Source: Bacteroidota bacterium (GTDB lineage: Bacteria > Bacteroidota > Bacteroidia > 2-12-FULL-35-15). Taken from it: a DNA stretch of 64,000 bases. Made by a program: the position numbers and the translations under genes. Numbering within the stretch: position 1 is the first letter of the stretch; the number at the start of each line of letters is the position of its first letter. Of this stretch, positions 8,889-19,303 are shown in pieces. Location: assembly GCA_040388745.1 (NCBI GenBank), contig JAZKBF010000028.1, positions 55,418-119,417 on the forward strand, given 5' to 3'. The notes under the pieces were generated by a model, which was given only the letters and a program-made list of their open reading frames with translations, ran no database searches and had not been told where the DNA came from.

Positions 8889-10964
8889 TTAATACGCACC
8901 ATTCCGTTTACGAATGAACCATTCGAAGGTCAATAGGGAAAGCAATAAAAAGAAGATCCACTTTAAATTAATTAAGTCGGACAATTTTTTTTGAGAGTAG
9001 GATACTGATTTAATATCAGTACGGCTGTTTAACTTTTTAGCTATTAATTCTAATTCGTTTGGATAGACCATTTCGCCATCATGCTTTTTAGCGATGCTGT
9101 AAAGCAATTGATGATCGGCAATTGTATTGGTTAATTCAACCTGTAATGCACTTACGCTAAATTCACCATTCTGTAGGTAAATCTTTTCTCCTACTTTAAC
9201 TTTGGCTTCGAATTTATATTCTCCCGTAGGCATCATTCCTGCATTTAAGCGATAGCCATTATTAGTTTTACTAAATGTATACAGGAATTTTTTATTCTCT
9301 GAATTACTGATCGTGATACTTACTTCCGGCTCATTTATTAATTCATAACTTTCGTTATATACTTCGGCTTCTAGCTCAATTGCCTCGTTTTCGAGGAAAT
9401 TATTTTTCCCTGTAATTTTAAAAAAGCTTTTATCCACTTTCACCGAAAGATATTGAACCGTTTTCGAGATCAACTCATCAAATAAAATATGATTACCGTT
9501 CGAAGCAAAATCCTGTAAACGCCATTTCCAGATACCCTCACCGGACAATATTGCGGTTTTGTTTTCGCCTGAAGTATTAAAAAATAACAAAGGTGTTTTA
9601 GTATCTACTATTCCAATACGTTGATAAAATAATACATTGCTGCTGTTTTCGTTTGGATAAGTTCCATAAGGGCAAACCAATGCAGGAAAACTTCTTACAG
9701 CTTTACTTAAGTTGTCGCTTATCGTAAATAAAGGGAAATTTTGTTCCAATACAACTTCGCATTCATTTGTCCTTTGTGCGTTGGATGCTATCGTCAGATC
9801 ACTTTTTAAGATAGTAGAAGCCCCGGAAAATGCCCAAACGGGGATATTGGATGCATTTATTTCATTGATGATTTTAGCAGCAGGATTCCTTGAATTTGGT
9901 AATTGATGAAGAATTACAAGATTGTATTTTTTTAAAGGCTTGTCGAAATTATCAAGGGTATAACTTTCCACTTCATAATTTTGATTTCCTTCTAATGATT
10001 CTTTTATTGCTGCGATATCTGGGTGAGGAGCATCTGCCAGAATTAATACTTTTTGTCTTGCATCCAGTACATCAATAAAAACATCGCGGACATTGTTGAT
10101 AGAGCTTGCTTCTTCCGAAAGTGAAGATAGCCTTATGGTATAGCGTTGCAAGCCAATTTCCTTTGCTTCTAATAAAACAGGAATGGTGGTAGTAAAGGCA
10201 TCAGAATTAAAATTAATTGTTTGCGTAAAAAGTGTTGCTTCGCCTTTTTTGATAGTAAGAGTTGTTGTTTTTCCTTTTAATTGTTTTGCATTTACAATTA
10301 TCTCCATCGGGAATTTATTTCCTAAATAAGCCAAGCGGTTGTGCTCTACTTTTAGGAGAACAATGTCTTTTTTAATGGTTGTATCCCCCAGGGCAACAGT
10401 ATAAACCGGCACTTTTATTTTTTCGGAAGAATATAGCGGATGTGCTCCTTTATTATATAATCCATCACTTGCAAGCACCACTGCTCCAATGTTTCGGTTA
10501 CTATAACGTGTTTCAATTTCGTTGAATAACTCAGAAATATCAGTTTGTTTTTCATTTAACGTTAATGAATCAGCTACATTTACTTCCTTTACTTTATCAG
10601 CAAATGAATATAATCTTACTTCGTATTTATCATCTAATTCATCAATTAATTTTTGTAAATTTTGTTTGTATTCTTTTTTATAAAAAGCAGAATCTTTACC
10701 CGCGATCAGAGATTCTGAATTATCCTGAGCTACAATAATAACAGGTTTTTCAACCTCTCTGTTTACAGTTTTTAATAAGGGAGAAAGTAATAAGAAGGAA
10801 AGAATTGTAACAACCGAAAAACGAAAAGCAGCCATCAGCCGCACCATCCAAACAGATAGTTCGTTTAATTTTTTATCACGATAATATAAAATACCCGAAT
10901 AAATAATACCTGCAACAATGCAGAATACTATGAACCATGATGGGTATTCTGTTACTATATTCAT
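8889..10964 (-). CDS. membrane-anchored vWA-domain protein (BatA/BatB-like MIDAS)
   Basis: There are two N-terminal TM helices. The MIDAS motif VIIVAQDNSESL (DxSxS) and the downstream VVLASDG..VPVYTVALGD block are present. A long beta-rich C-terminal region follows. Confidence 0.55.
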   Translation of the reverse strand: MNIVTEYPSWFIVFCIVAGIIYSGILYYRDKKLNELSVWMVRLMAAFRFSVVTILSFLLLSPLLKTVNREVEKPVIIVAQDNSESLIAGKDSAFYKKEYKQNLQKLIDELDDKYEVRLYSFADKVKEVNVADSLTLNEKQTDISELFNEIETRYSNRNIGAVVLASDGLYNKGAHPLYSSEKIKVPVYTVALGDTTIKKDIVLLKVEHNRLAYLGNKFPMEIIVNAKQLKGKTTTLTIKKGEATLFTQTINFNSDAFTTTIPVLLEAKEIGLQRYTIRLSSLSEEASSINNVRDVFIDVLDARQKVLILADAPHPDIAAIKESLEGNQNYEVESYTLDNFDKPLKKYNLVILHQLPNSRNPAAKIINEINASNIPVWAFSGASTILKSDLTIASNAQRTNECEVVLEQNFPLFTISDNLSKAVRSFPALVCPYGTYPNENSSNVLFYQRIGIVDTKTPLLFFNTSGENKTAILSGEGIWKWRLQDFASNGNHILFDELISKTVQYLSVKVDKSFFKITGKNNFLENEAIELEAEVYNESYELINEPEVSITISNSENKKFLYTFSKTNNGYRLNAGMMPTGEYKFEAKVKVGEKIYLQNGEFSVSALQVELTNTIADHQLLYSIAKKHDGEMVYPNELELIAKKLNSRTDIKSVSYSQKKLSDLINLKWIFFLLLSLLTFEWFIRKRNGAY

Positions 10965-11120
10965 TAATTAATATTTTGTGCACTCCAAAGAAAGTCATGG
11001 TAAGGACTTTGCAAGGGAAATGGAAAATTTATAAAATCATTTTTTATCTTAACGATCATAAAGATCAACGTTCCAACTACACTCAGATTCGTAAATTCGT
11101 AATTGTTCGTTATTTGTAAA

Positions 11121-11867
11121 TTATGTTAGCATCCCGCCACATACATTAATTACTTGCCCTGTAATGTAGGTACTCATGTCGGAAGCTAAAAATACAGTTG
11201 CATTTGCTACATCATCTGCAGTCCCGCCACGTTTCAATGGAATTGATTCTCTCCATCCTTCCACAACTTTTGGATCAAGAGCGGCAGTCATTTCCGTTTC
11301 AATAAAACCCGGAGCAATTGCATTACTGCGGATATTGCGCGAACCTAATTCCAATGCAATAGATTTTGTGAAACCGATAATACCTGCTTTTGATGCTGCG
11401 TAATTTGATTGTCCTGCATTACCTTTTATTCCAACTACCGAGCTCATATTAATGATAGAACCTTTACGCTGCTTCAACATTGGTTTTGTAATGGCCTTAG
11501 TTAAATTAAATACCGATTTTAAATTGGCATTCATTACTTCATCCCATTGTTGTTCACTCATGCGCATCAGTAATGTATCTCTGGTAATACCAGCATTATT
11601 CACTAATACATCAACAGTACCAAAATCAGAAATTACAGCATTTACCAGTTCTTCTGCGGCCTTAAAATCAGCAGCATCCGATTGATAACCTTTCGCTTTT
11701 ATACCAAAAGCCTCCAGCTCTTTTTCAAGTGCCAGCCCTTTTTCGATTGACGATAAATAGGTGAAAGCGATGTTGGCACCATGTTCAGCAAATTTTATAG
11801 CAATGCCACGTCCAATACCTCGTGAAGCACCTGTAATTAAAGCAGTTTTACCTTCTAATAATTTCAT
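11121..11867 (-). CDS. fabG: 3-oxoacyl-[ACP] reductase FabG (SDR)
   Basis: TGASRGIGRGIA Rossmann motif, NNAG, and the YxxxK catalytic motif (YAASKAG). The length is 248 aa. Confidence 0.8.
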   Translation of the reverse strand: MKLLEGKTALITGASRGIGRGIAIKFAEHGANIAFTYLSSIEKGLALEKELEAFGIKAKGYQSDAADFKAAEELVNAVISDFGTVDVLVNNAGITRDTLLMRMSEQQWDEVMNANLKSVFNLTKAITKPMLKQRKGSIINMSSVVGIKGNAGQSNYAASKAGIIGFTKSIALELGSRNIRSNAIAPGFIETEMTAALDPKVVEGWRESIPLKRGGTADDVANATVFLASDMSTYITGQVINVCGGMLT

Positions 11868-12038
11868 AATAATTTTAATTAACGGTCAATTAGTTGTTTT
11901 AAGGATTTCAAAGATATAGAGAAAAAGCCTGAAAATAAAACAAAAAGCGCTTTACAATCACCTATAAAGCTTTCGTTATATCTGTATTTAAAATCCAAAC
12001 AGCTCAATATGAATTTAACTCAGCTTTAGTAAGCTTTA

Positions 12039-12833
12039 TTAAAAAGCAAATGAAATAAAAGCTCCTATAGATAAACTTTTTGCTTTAGAGTAAACTTCCC
12101 CGCTTTCAGTTAATGCTCCATAAAGTTTGCTATTTCTGTTATAAGTAACCTTAGTGATATTCCAATCGCGGTTGCTTGAAAAGTATTCTCCGATTAAACA
12201 AAAGGAAATATTTTTATGCTTGTATTTTACTTTTGTGCCAATATTGCCTGTCCAAACGCTTTTTGCAGGACGAATACATATACCTTCAGTTGAATAACTG
12301 ATAGTATCGCCTTCATTTGTAATCGACTTAGCGCTTCCTCCAAAACCAGTATATCCATAAGGATTAGAATGACTTGTGATCAATTTTGACACTCCAGCAA
12401 AAGGTTCAAAACTTATACCTTTAATGTTTTTGTAGAATAACGGAATTTCAGTGCTTATTCTCAAGGGAATTCTAAAATAGGCGCTTTCTTCTAGTGATAC
12501 GCTGGAAGATGATTCTCCGAGTGGATCATTTATTCTTACACCGCAATAATAAGTATGGCGTAACAACCCTGTTTCAAAAGCGACATTTCTGTAATTAAAA
12601 GAAGTCAATATACCAATATAAGGGTCGCTATTAACACAGCCTTGAATAACACCATTGGAGTGCACCCTGTCTGGATAACCTATAGTTATGCCCGATTCTG
12701 CAGCAATGGAAAATTTCTTTTTATTCTTTGGTTGGATGCTGGTGGTGTCTTGCGAAAATAATAAAATTGGCGTTACCGTAATAGCTATTAAAAGAAGTTG
12801 TTTTATTTTAGCAGGTACATTCATTAATATCAT
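12039..12833 (-). CDS. hypothetical outer-membrane beta-barrel protein
   Basis: It has a signal peptide, alternating amphipathic beta strands and a C-terminal aromatic residue (..ISFAF). Confidence 0.4.
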   Translation of the reverse strand: MILMNVPAKIKQLLLIAITVTPILLFSQDTTSIQPKNKKKFSIAAESGITIGYPDRVHSNGVIQGCVNSDPYIGILTSFNYRNVAFETGLLRHTYYCGVRINDPLGESSSSVSLEESAYFRIPLRISTEIPLFYKNIKGISFEPFAGVSKLITSHSNPYGYTGFGGSAKSITNEGDTISYSTEGICIRPAKSVWTGNIGTKVKYKHKNISFCLIGEYFSSNRDWNITKVTYNRNSKLYGALTESGEVYSKAKSLSIGAFISFAF

Positions 12834-13172
12834 TCGTTAGTTGAAACTATGTACTTTAGTACAAGACTTTCAGTTCTACAAATATTTTATTCTAGTTAAT
12901 TGTGCCTTGGTCGATGATAGATGGTACTCTATGAGGATTGCAGAAAGACTGGAAGTCTTTCTGCAACACAACCTATGCACTTTCAGTTGCATTAATCTAT
13001 ATTTTGGTTCAATGGATGTTTTTTAGTTAGGTTCATATTTTTTTTAAGTAGAACTATCTAATTGCATCTAATGGGTAAGCAAGATTCTTTACATAGTCTT
13101 TACATAAAAAATCAAGAACAAAAATGAACTGTTTTGATAATTATAAAGGAGACCTAAATAATTTTGTTAGCT

Positions 13173-14093
13173 TTAATCAACTCTGTTTGCGTGATGATGT
13201 GGGCTTTCTTTTCTTGCATCATCTGCAATAGCTTTTGCCATTGCTGTTCCGATATCAGCAGGGGAGTCAACAACAATGATTCCGCAAGCACGTAAAATTT
13301 TCTTTTTTGCTTCCGCTGTATCATCATCACCGCCAACAATAGCACCTGCATGTCCCATGGTACGGCCTTTTGGTGCAGTTTCTCCTGCAATAAATCCAAC
13401 CACAGGTTTACGGTTACCATCAGCTTTGATCCAGCGTGCTGCATCTGCTTCAAGGTTTCCACCAATTTCCCCGATCATTATAATTCCTTGTGTATCCGGA
13501 TCGTTCATTAATAGTTCAACGGCCTCTTTTGTGGTAGTTCCAATTATTGGATCTCCACCAATACCAATAGCAGTAGTAATTCCTAAGCCTGCTTTCACAG
13601 TTTGGTCAGATGCTTCATACGTTAATGTTCCTGATTTAGAAACAATGCCTATTGTGCCTTTTTTGAAAACAAAGCCTGGCATAATACCTACTTTTGCTTC
13701 ATCAGCCGAAATAACACCCGGACAATTAGGGCCGATTAAGCGACAATCTCTTCCTTTTAAATATTCCTTAACAGCTATCATATCCCTGATAGGAATACCT
13801 TCTGTAATACAAATGATCACTTTAATTCCAGCTTCAGCGGCTTCCATAATTGCATCAGCAGCAAAAGCCGGAGGTACAAAAATTATAGAAACATCTGCTC
13901 CAGCCTTATCTACAGCTTCTTTCACAGTATTAAATATAGGGCGCTCCAAATGCTGTGCTCCTCCTTTTCCTGGCGTAACTCCACCAACAACGTTGGTGCC
14001 GTATTCTATCATTTGACCAGCATGGAATGTACCTTCAGTACCAGTGAAACCTTGTACAATTACTCTTGATTGTTTATTTACTAATACACTCAT
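13173..14093 (-). CDS. sucD: succinyl-CoA synthetase alpha subunit
   Basis: Start VIVQGFTGTEGTFH, the phosphohistidine loop MGHAGAIV, and GPNCPG. The protein aligns end to end with SucD. Confidence 0.9.
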   Translation of the reverse strand: MSVLVNKQSRVIVQGFTGTEGTFHAGQMIEYGTNVVGGVTPGKGGAQHLERPIFNTVKEAVDKAGADVSIIFVPPAFAADAIMEAAEAGIKVIICITEGIPIRDMIAVKEYLKGRDCRLIGPNCPGVISADEAKVGIMPGFVFKKGTIGIVSKSGTLTYEASDQTVKAGLGITTAIGIGGDPIIGTTTKEAVELLMNDPDTQGIIMIGEIGGNLEADAARWIKADGNRKPVVGFIAGETAPKGRTMGHAGAIVGGDDDTAEAKKKILRACGIIVVDSPADIGTAMAKAIADDARKESPHHHANRVD

Positions 14094-14334
14094 ATTTGGA
14101 ATTGTTGAATTTTAGAATTGTTGATTAAATAATTTAATGATACTTGTTTTTTTGAGTTTGCTAAAGTAAAGTTTTATGTGGGTATTACAAAGCATTTTAA
14201 GATTTTTAATATATTTTCAGCATTTCTTTGCTTTAGTGTTTCAATTTTTTTGTATTATTATAACTTATAAAAATTTATATTTCAATTTTTACTGAACAAG
14301 GGTATATTAACAAACATTATAAGCTCATTTAAAA

Positions 14335-15735
14335 TTGAATACTTCACTTATAATTAACGACACTATTGTAGCTCTGGCTACACCTCAGGGGATTGGCGCA
14401 ATTGGTGTGATCCGCCTTTCAGGTGATAAGGCTATTGATATTTGTAATTCGGTTTTCGGGACTAAAAGTCTCAAAAAAAAGGACCTAAACAAGCAGGGAT
14501 CTCATACCATTCATTTTGGTGTTATTCACGATGGTGAAGTAATTATCGATGAAGTGCTGGTTAGTCTTTTTAAAACCCCTCATTCCTATACAAGTGAAAA
14601 TACGGTAGAAATATCCTGCCATGGCTCTAAATTCATTCAACAGCAGATCATTCAACTTTTCATAAAGCGTGGAGCCCGTATGGCTAATCATGGTGAATTT
14701 ACTTTGCGTGCTTTTTTGAACGGGAAATTAGATCTATCGCAAGCTGAAGCTGTTGCCGATCTTATATCATCTAATTCCGCTTCCTCACATCAGATTGCGA
14801 TTCAGCAAATGAGAGGTGGATTTTCGAGCAAAATAAAATTGCTTAGGCAAAATCTTATTGACTTTGCCTCACTTATTGAATTGGAACTTGATTTTAGTGA
14901 AGAAGATGTAGAGTTTGCTGACCGGACAGATCTGAAAAAATTAGTTAGCAGCATTCAGCGAATTGTTCAGCGATTGATCGATTCTTTTGAGGTTGGAAAC
15001 GTAATTAAAAATGGGATACCTGTTGCTATCGTGGGGAAACCCAATGCAGGGAAATCAACTCTTTTAAATGTGTTGCTTGAAGAAGACAGAGCTATTGTTT
15101 CTGAAATACCGGGTACTACAAGGGATGTGATCGAAGATGAGCTAAATATTGATGGAGTACTGTTTCGTATAATTGACACTGCAGGAATTCGGGAAACCAA
15201 TGATATTATTGAATCTATTGGCGTTGAGAAAACATTCGAACAAATTAAATTATCTTCTATTGCCATTTATCTATTTGATGCGCATGAAATTACTTCTTCC
15301 GAATTAAGATTGATCGTTGAAGACCTTAAGCCACATTTACACAACTCCCAATTGGTATTGGTTGCTAATAAAATTGATAAAGAAGACCTTGAATACATCA
15401 AACGTGAGTTTAATGAGTTTCCGGATATGCTTTTTATATCGGCCAAAGAACGTACCCATATTGATGAATTTAAAAAACACCTGGTCGATTTATTCGATAG
15501 CCGTATTGTAAATATTACTGAAACAATTGTTACCAATTCCCGTCACGTAGAGGCGTTGCGTCACACCAACACTGCATTGATAAAAGTATTAGAAGGTTTG
15601 AATCAGAACGTTACCGGTGATTTCCTGGCTATGGACATTCGTCAGGCATTACATTATTTAGGAACTATAACAGGCGAAATTTCATCAGATGATTTACTTG
15701 CGAATATTTTTTCCAGGTTTTGCATTGGAAAATAG
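14335..15735 (+). CDS. mnmE: tRNA modification GTPase MnmE (TrmE); TTG start
   Basis: N-terminal DTIVALATPQGIGAIGVIRLSG, G1 box GKPNAGKST, DTAGIRE, NKID, and the C-terminal CIGK tetrapeptide. Confidence 0.9.
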   Translation: MNTSLIINDTIVALATPQGIGAIGVIRLSGDKAIDICNSVFGTKSLKKKDLNKQGSHTIHFGVIHDGEVIIDEVLVSLFKTPHSYTSENTVEISCHGSKFIQQQIIQLFIKRGARMANHGEFTLRAFLNGKLDLSQAEAVADLISSNSASSHQIAIQQMRGGFSSKIKLLRQNLIDFASLIELELDFSEEDVEFADRTDLKKLVSSIQRIVQRLIDSFEVGNVIKNGIPVAIVGKPNAGKSTLLNVLLEEDRAIVSEIPGTTRDVIEDELNIDGVLFRIIDTAGIRETNDIIESIGVEKTFEQIKLSSIAIYLFDAHEITSSELRLIVEDLKPHLHNSQLVLVANKIDKEDLEYIKREFNEFPDMLFISAKERTHIDEFKKHLVDLFDSRIVNITETIVTNSRHVEALRHTNTALIKVLEGLNQNVTGDFLAMDIRQALHYLGTITGEISSDDLLANIFSRFCIGK

Positions 15736-15822
15736 TTTTTGCTTCTAATGGTTGATAATGATCTGTAGTTTTAGATTGTCATAAATAACTGCTTTTGATA
15801 CATTTTATTAAGCCCTAACCAG

Positions 15823-17238
15823 ATGCCTCAAAACAAATACGATGAATCCAAGATCGGAATTGATGCCTTTCCGGCTCATGCTTATTTTAAGAGTCTGGCC
15901 GAAACAATTCCTCATATTTTATTTATTGCAAACCCTGTAAACTTTCGCATTGAATATATCAATAGGCTCCCATCAGGTGCTCCTCTTGAAAGTTTAATAG
16001 GCAAAGAAATGTTTGATTTTATTTGGCCTGAATACATTGAAGTATTTAAGAAAAGAATACAAGAAGTAAAAGATTCAGGGAAGTCTGGTACATTTGATGT
16101 AGAAGTTGCCCCGCCAAATAATCCTCAGGAAAAAGCATGGTATCGTACCCATATTTCTATGGTATATGACTCTGAAAATTCAACCTCAAGTATAATGTTT
16201 CTGTCTGAAAATATTACAGAAAGTAAACGCACCGAGCTTGATAATATTAATAAAAGTGAACGGATAAAAGCCATTATTAATAATACAAACGATATCATTT
16301 GCTCCATTGATTGCGATCATAATTTAATGGAATTTAACTCCATGTTTGCCAACGTGGTAAAGAAAGGCTTTGGCATTGAAATGCAACCTGGAATGTCGGT
16401 GTTGCAATTTGTTGATCCGGCTAAGCACGAACACTTAAAGGCAATTTATAAAAGAGTTGAAAAAGGAGAAATTTATTGTGATATCGAAAGTTTTCATACC
16501 CTCAATGGTCATGAAGTTTACAATGAAACGAGTTATAATCCTATCTATGATGTTGATAAAAAAATTATTGGCATTAATATATTTTCAAAAGACATCACCG
16601 AACGTGTAAAAAGTGAACAGAAAATAAAAAATGCTTTAAAGGAAAAAGAAGTTCTTTTGGCAGAAATTCATCACCGGATAAAAAACAACCTTGCAATGGT
16701 TTCCAGTTTGTTGCAATTGCAGGAAATGAATATAGATAATGCGGAAGTTAAGGAAGCGCTTGCTTTAAGCCGTAAACGAATAAAATCAACCGCTTTGATT
16801 CATGAACTTTTATACAGAAGCGAATCTTTTCAAAACGTTAAATTGAAAGATTATTTAACAGAGCTATTTCATCTTTTAAAAATGAATGTTAATACTTTGC
16901 TGCTATTAAAAGGAGATGAAGTTACAATGAATCTCTTCACTGCTATGCCGCTGGGATTGATGCTTAATGAAATTATGCTGAACTCTTTCAAACATTCATA
17001 TAATGAAAAAAGTAAAGGTCAGATCGAGATCTCTATCATTCCTTTGGCAAGCAAATTAATGATCTATTATTCCGATTTTGAAGGAAGTTTTCCTGATGCC
17101 ATTGATTTCAAAAATTCGAAAACAACCGGTTTAACTCTTATTCATACATTTGCTGAGCAATTAAATGGGAGTGTTGAGCTTGTGAGTAAAACACCTCCTA
17201 AATATTTAATTCAACTACCGTTAAATGAAAACCAATAA
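15823..17238 (+). CDS. PAS-domain sensor histidine kinase (HisKA_2-type)
   Basis: Two PAS-like regions are followed by the H-box EIHHRIKNNLAMVSSLLQLQ (HisKA_2) and an HATPase_c region. Confidence 0.75.
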   Translation: MPQNKYDESKIGIDAFPAHAYFKSLAETIPHILFIANPVNFRIEYINRLPSGAPLESLIGKEMFDFIWPEYIEVFKKRIQEVKDSGKSGTFDVEVAPPNNPQEKAWYRTHISMVYDSENSTSSIMFLSENITESKRTELDNINKSERIKAIINNTNDIICSIDCDHNLMEFNSMFANVVKKGFGIEMQPGMSVLQFVDPAKHEHLKAIYKRVEKGEIYCDIESFHTLNGHEVYNETSYNPIYDVDKKIIGINIFSKDITERVKSEQKIKNALKEKEVLLAEIHHRIKNNLAMVSSLLQLQEMNIDNAEVKEALALSRKRIKSTALIHELLYRSESFQNVKLKDYLTELFHLLKMNVNTLLLLKGDEVTMNLFTAMPLGLMLNEIMLNSFKHSYNEKSKGQIEISIIPLASKLMIYYSDFEGSFPDAIDFKNSKTTGLTLIHTFAEQLNGSVELVSKTPPKYLIQLPLNENQ

Positions 17239-17587
17239 AAAGGTACTTATTGCCGAAGATGAATTGTTGATCGCTAAAGTTTTACGGATGCAATTGGAAA
17301 AATTGGGATTTGTAGTTGAAAACGTTGTGCATGCTGATGAAGCGTTCAATAAGGTTAAAGAAATGCAACCCGATGTAATTATTTTAGATGTGTGTTTGAA
17401 AAATAAAACCTGCGGACTGGAAGCTGGAAAAAAAATCAGGGATGCAGGAATTGAAACGCCTATCATCTTTACCACCGGTAATTCTTACGAAAACACACTT
17501 CAACTTATGAACGATATTAAATACTCCACGATATTAAGTAAACCGGTGGAATTTGATCATTTGCTTCATTTGATCAATCAATTGTAA
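17225..17587 (+). CDS. single-domain response regulator (receiver only)
   Basis: 120 aa, KVLIAEDE...DVIILDVCL receiver fold. It overlaps the kinase gene by 14 nt. Confidence 0.7.
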   Translation: MKTNKKVLIAEDELLIAKVLRMQLEKLGFVVENVVHADEAFNKVKEMQPDVIILDVCLKNKTCGLEAGKKIRDAGIETPIIFTTGNSYENTLQLMNDIKYSTILSKPVEFDHLLHLINQL

Positions 17588-17695
17588 ACAAACAGCCTCG
17601 GAGGTTGCTTATAGAGTATAAGCTATTGTTTATTTTCAAGAATTAATTACTTTTAGTATTTAAGAATAAACTTTTAATTGAGCGAATAATAAGCA

Positions 17696-19303
17696 ATGAA
17701 AAGGGAAGACAAGGAAAAAGCAACTGATCAGGTGATCGAACAAACTTTGGCAGAGCAAAAGGCTTATTGCAAAAGGTCGAAGGATATCACCATTGATAAT
17801 ATCATTTACGATACAATTTACCTCGAAAAGAAAAGATTAAAAAACAAGAAAAATTCAAAACATAACAGGACTGAAATTGTGTTTTGGTCCGATATGGAAA
17901 GGCGTTTTTATTCTGCCAATTCAATCGAGAAAGAAGAGATCTTAAAAGAAATAATCGAAAATTATGCAGTAGAGATAGCAGGCGGTTACAATCCAAAGGT
18001 GTATAACTTTGCTATCAAAATTGTACCTTATCTGTTAAAAGCTATTTTAGTGAAAGAGCCTCTTTGGAAGCTCTTTTCGAAAAAAGGAAAAGAGAAGATC
18101 AACAAAAATATTGACATTTCAGGACCTCTTGATAAGATCCTTCATCTTAGTAAAATTGGAACGTTAATAGTGACTCCAACTCATCAAAGTAATTTTGATA
18201 GTATCGTTATTGGCTATTCTACCTTTATTACCGGCCTTCCCCCAATGATATACGGTGCCGGGCTCAACCTCTTTACTAATCCTATACTTAGCTATATGAT
18301 GACCAACCTTGGGGCATATAAAGTTGATAGGGAGAAAAAGAATGATCTGTATAAAGATGTGTTGAAAAATTACGCATCTATAAGCCTGGAATATGGCTAT
18401 CATAACCTTTTTTATCCAGGAGGGACACGAAGCCGAAGTGGGAAAATTGAGGAGCAATTGAAACTGGGTTTATTGGGTAGTGGTCTTTCCACATTTATTA
18501 AAGGAGCGAAGGAGGGTAAAAAGAAAAATATTTATGTAGTACCTTGTACCATTAATTATGAGTTATGTCTGGAAGCGCGCGATCTTATTGAGGAGTATTT
18601 GGTAGAGGAAGGAAGCCGGCAATTCATTTTGCCAAATGATTCATCTAATAAGATCAAAAACATATTGGCATTTGCAAAAAAAACGGTTAAAGTTGACACC
18701 CGAATAGCTGTTTGCTTTGGTGAGCCTTTGGATATTTTTGGTAATGAAGTGAATGAGGAGGGTATCAGTATTGATAACCATTCCAGACCTATTGATATCG
18801 ACAAATATATTTTGGTTGATGGTGTTCCTGATTTTTCATTTCAAAGAGACCGGGTATACACTTCTATTTTAGGAAATAAAATATTAAAATCTTTCTTAAA
18901 GAATAGTGTCGTTATGGATACCCATTTGTTGTCCTATGCATTGTTCAAAATATTTCAAAAAAAGTATCCCTTCAGCAACGTATTTAAGCTGGTATCTACA
19001 TTTGGAGCGGAGTGCAATAAGGAATTATTGTTAGAAACGGTCGGCTTTTTAAAAGAAATTCTGTTTAAGAAAAGAGATAACGGAGAATTGAAATTAGGTA
19101 GCGTGATCTCTACAAAATCTGTTGAGGAAATTATTTCTCATGCAAAAAGGCAGCTAACTTCATATCACGGAGAAAGTGTGTTACACGAACAAAATGGTTT
19201 GTTTATAAGCAACGATTTGATAACACTTTATTACTATCACAATAAATTAACTCCTTACGGACTCGAAAAAGATTTAAATTTATGGCTACATCAAAAAGTG
19301 TAA
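17696..19303 (+). CDS. PlsB-like glycerol-3-phosphate acyltransferase
   Basis: GPAT motif I PTHQSNFDS (HxxxxD), motif II GAYKVDR, motif III FYPGGTRSRSGK, motif IV VVPCTINYE. It is 535 aa, overlaps gpsA, and is likely co-transcribed with it. Confidence 0.65.
   Translation: MKREDKEKATDQVIEQTLAEQKAYCKRSKDITIDNIIYDTIYLEKKRLKNKKNSKHNRTEIVFWSDMERRFYSANSIEKEEILKEIIENYAVEIAGGYNPKVYNFAIKIVPYLLKAILVKEPLWKLFSKKGKEKINKNIDISGPLDKILHLSKIGTLIVTPTHQSNFDSIVIGYSTFITGLPPMIYGAGLNLFTNPILSYMMTNLGAYKVDREKKNDLYKDVLKNYASISLEYGYHNLFYPGGTRSRSGKIEEQLKLGLLGSGLSTFIKGAKEGKKKNIYVVPCTINYELCLEARDLIEEYLVEEGSRQFILPNDSSNKIKNILAFAKKTVKVDTRIAVCFGEPLDIFGNEVNEEGISIDNHSRPIDIDKYILVDGVPDFSFQRDRVYTSILGNKILKSFLKNSVVMDTHLLSYALFKIFQKKYPFSNVFKLVSTFGAECNKELLLETVGFLKEILFKKRDNGELKLGSVISTKSVEEIISHAKRQLTSYHGESVLHEQNGLFISNDLITLYYYHNKLTPYGLEKDLNLWLHQKV

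Noticed and set aside
13154-13465. 103-aa minus-strand ORF overlapping the 3' part of sucD in another frame
   Set aside because: It is an alternative-frame artefact inside a confidently assigned gene.
13276-14016. 246-aa + strand ORF
   Set aside because: It is entirely antisense to sucD, which has unambiguous SucD motifs. It is low-complexity (PPTIAPACPMVRPFGAVSPAINPTTG...).
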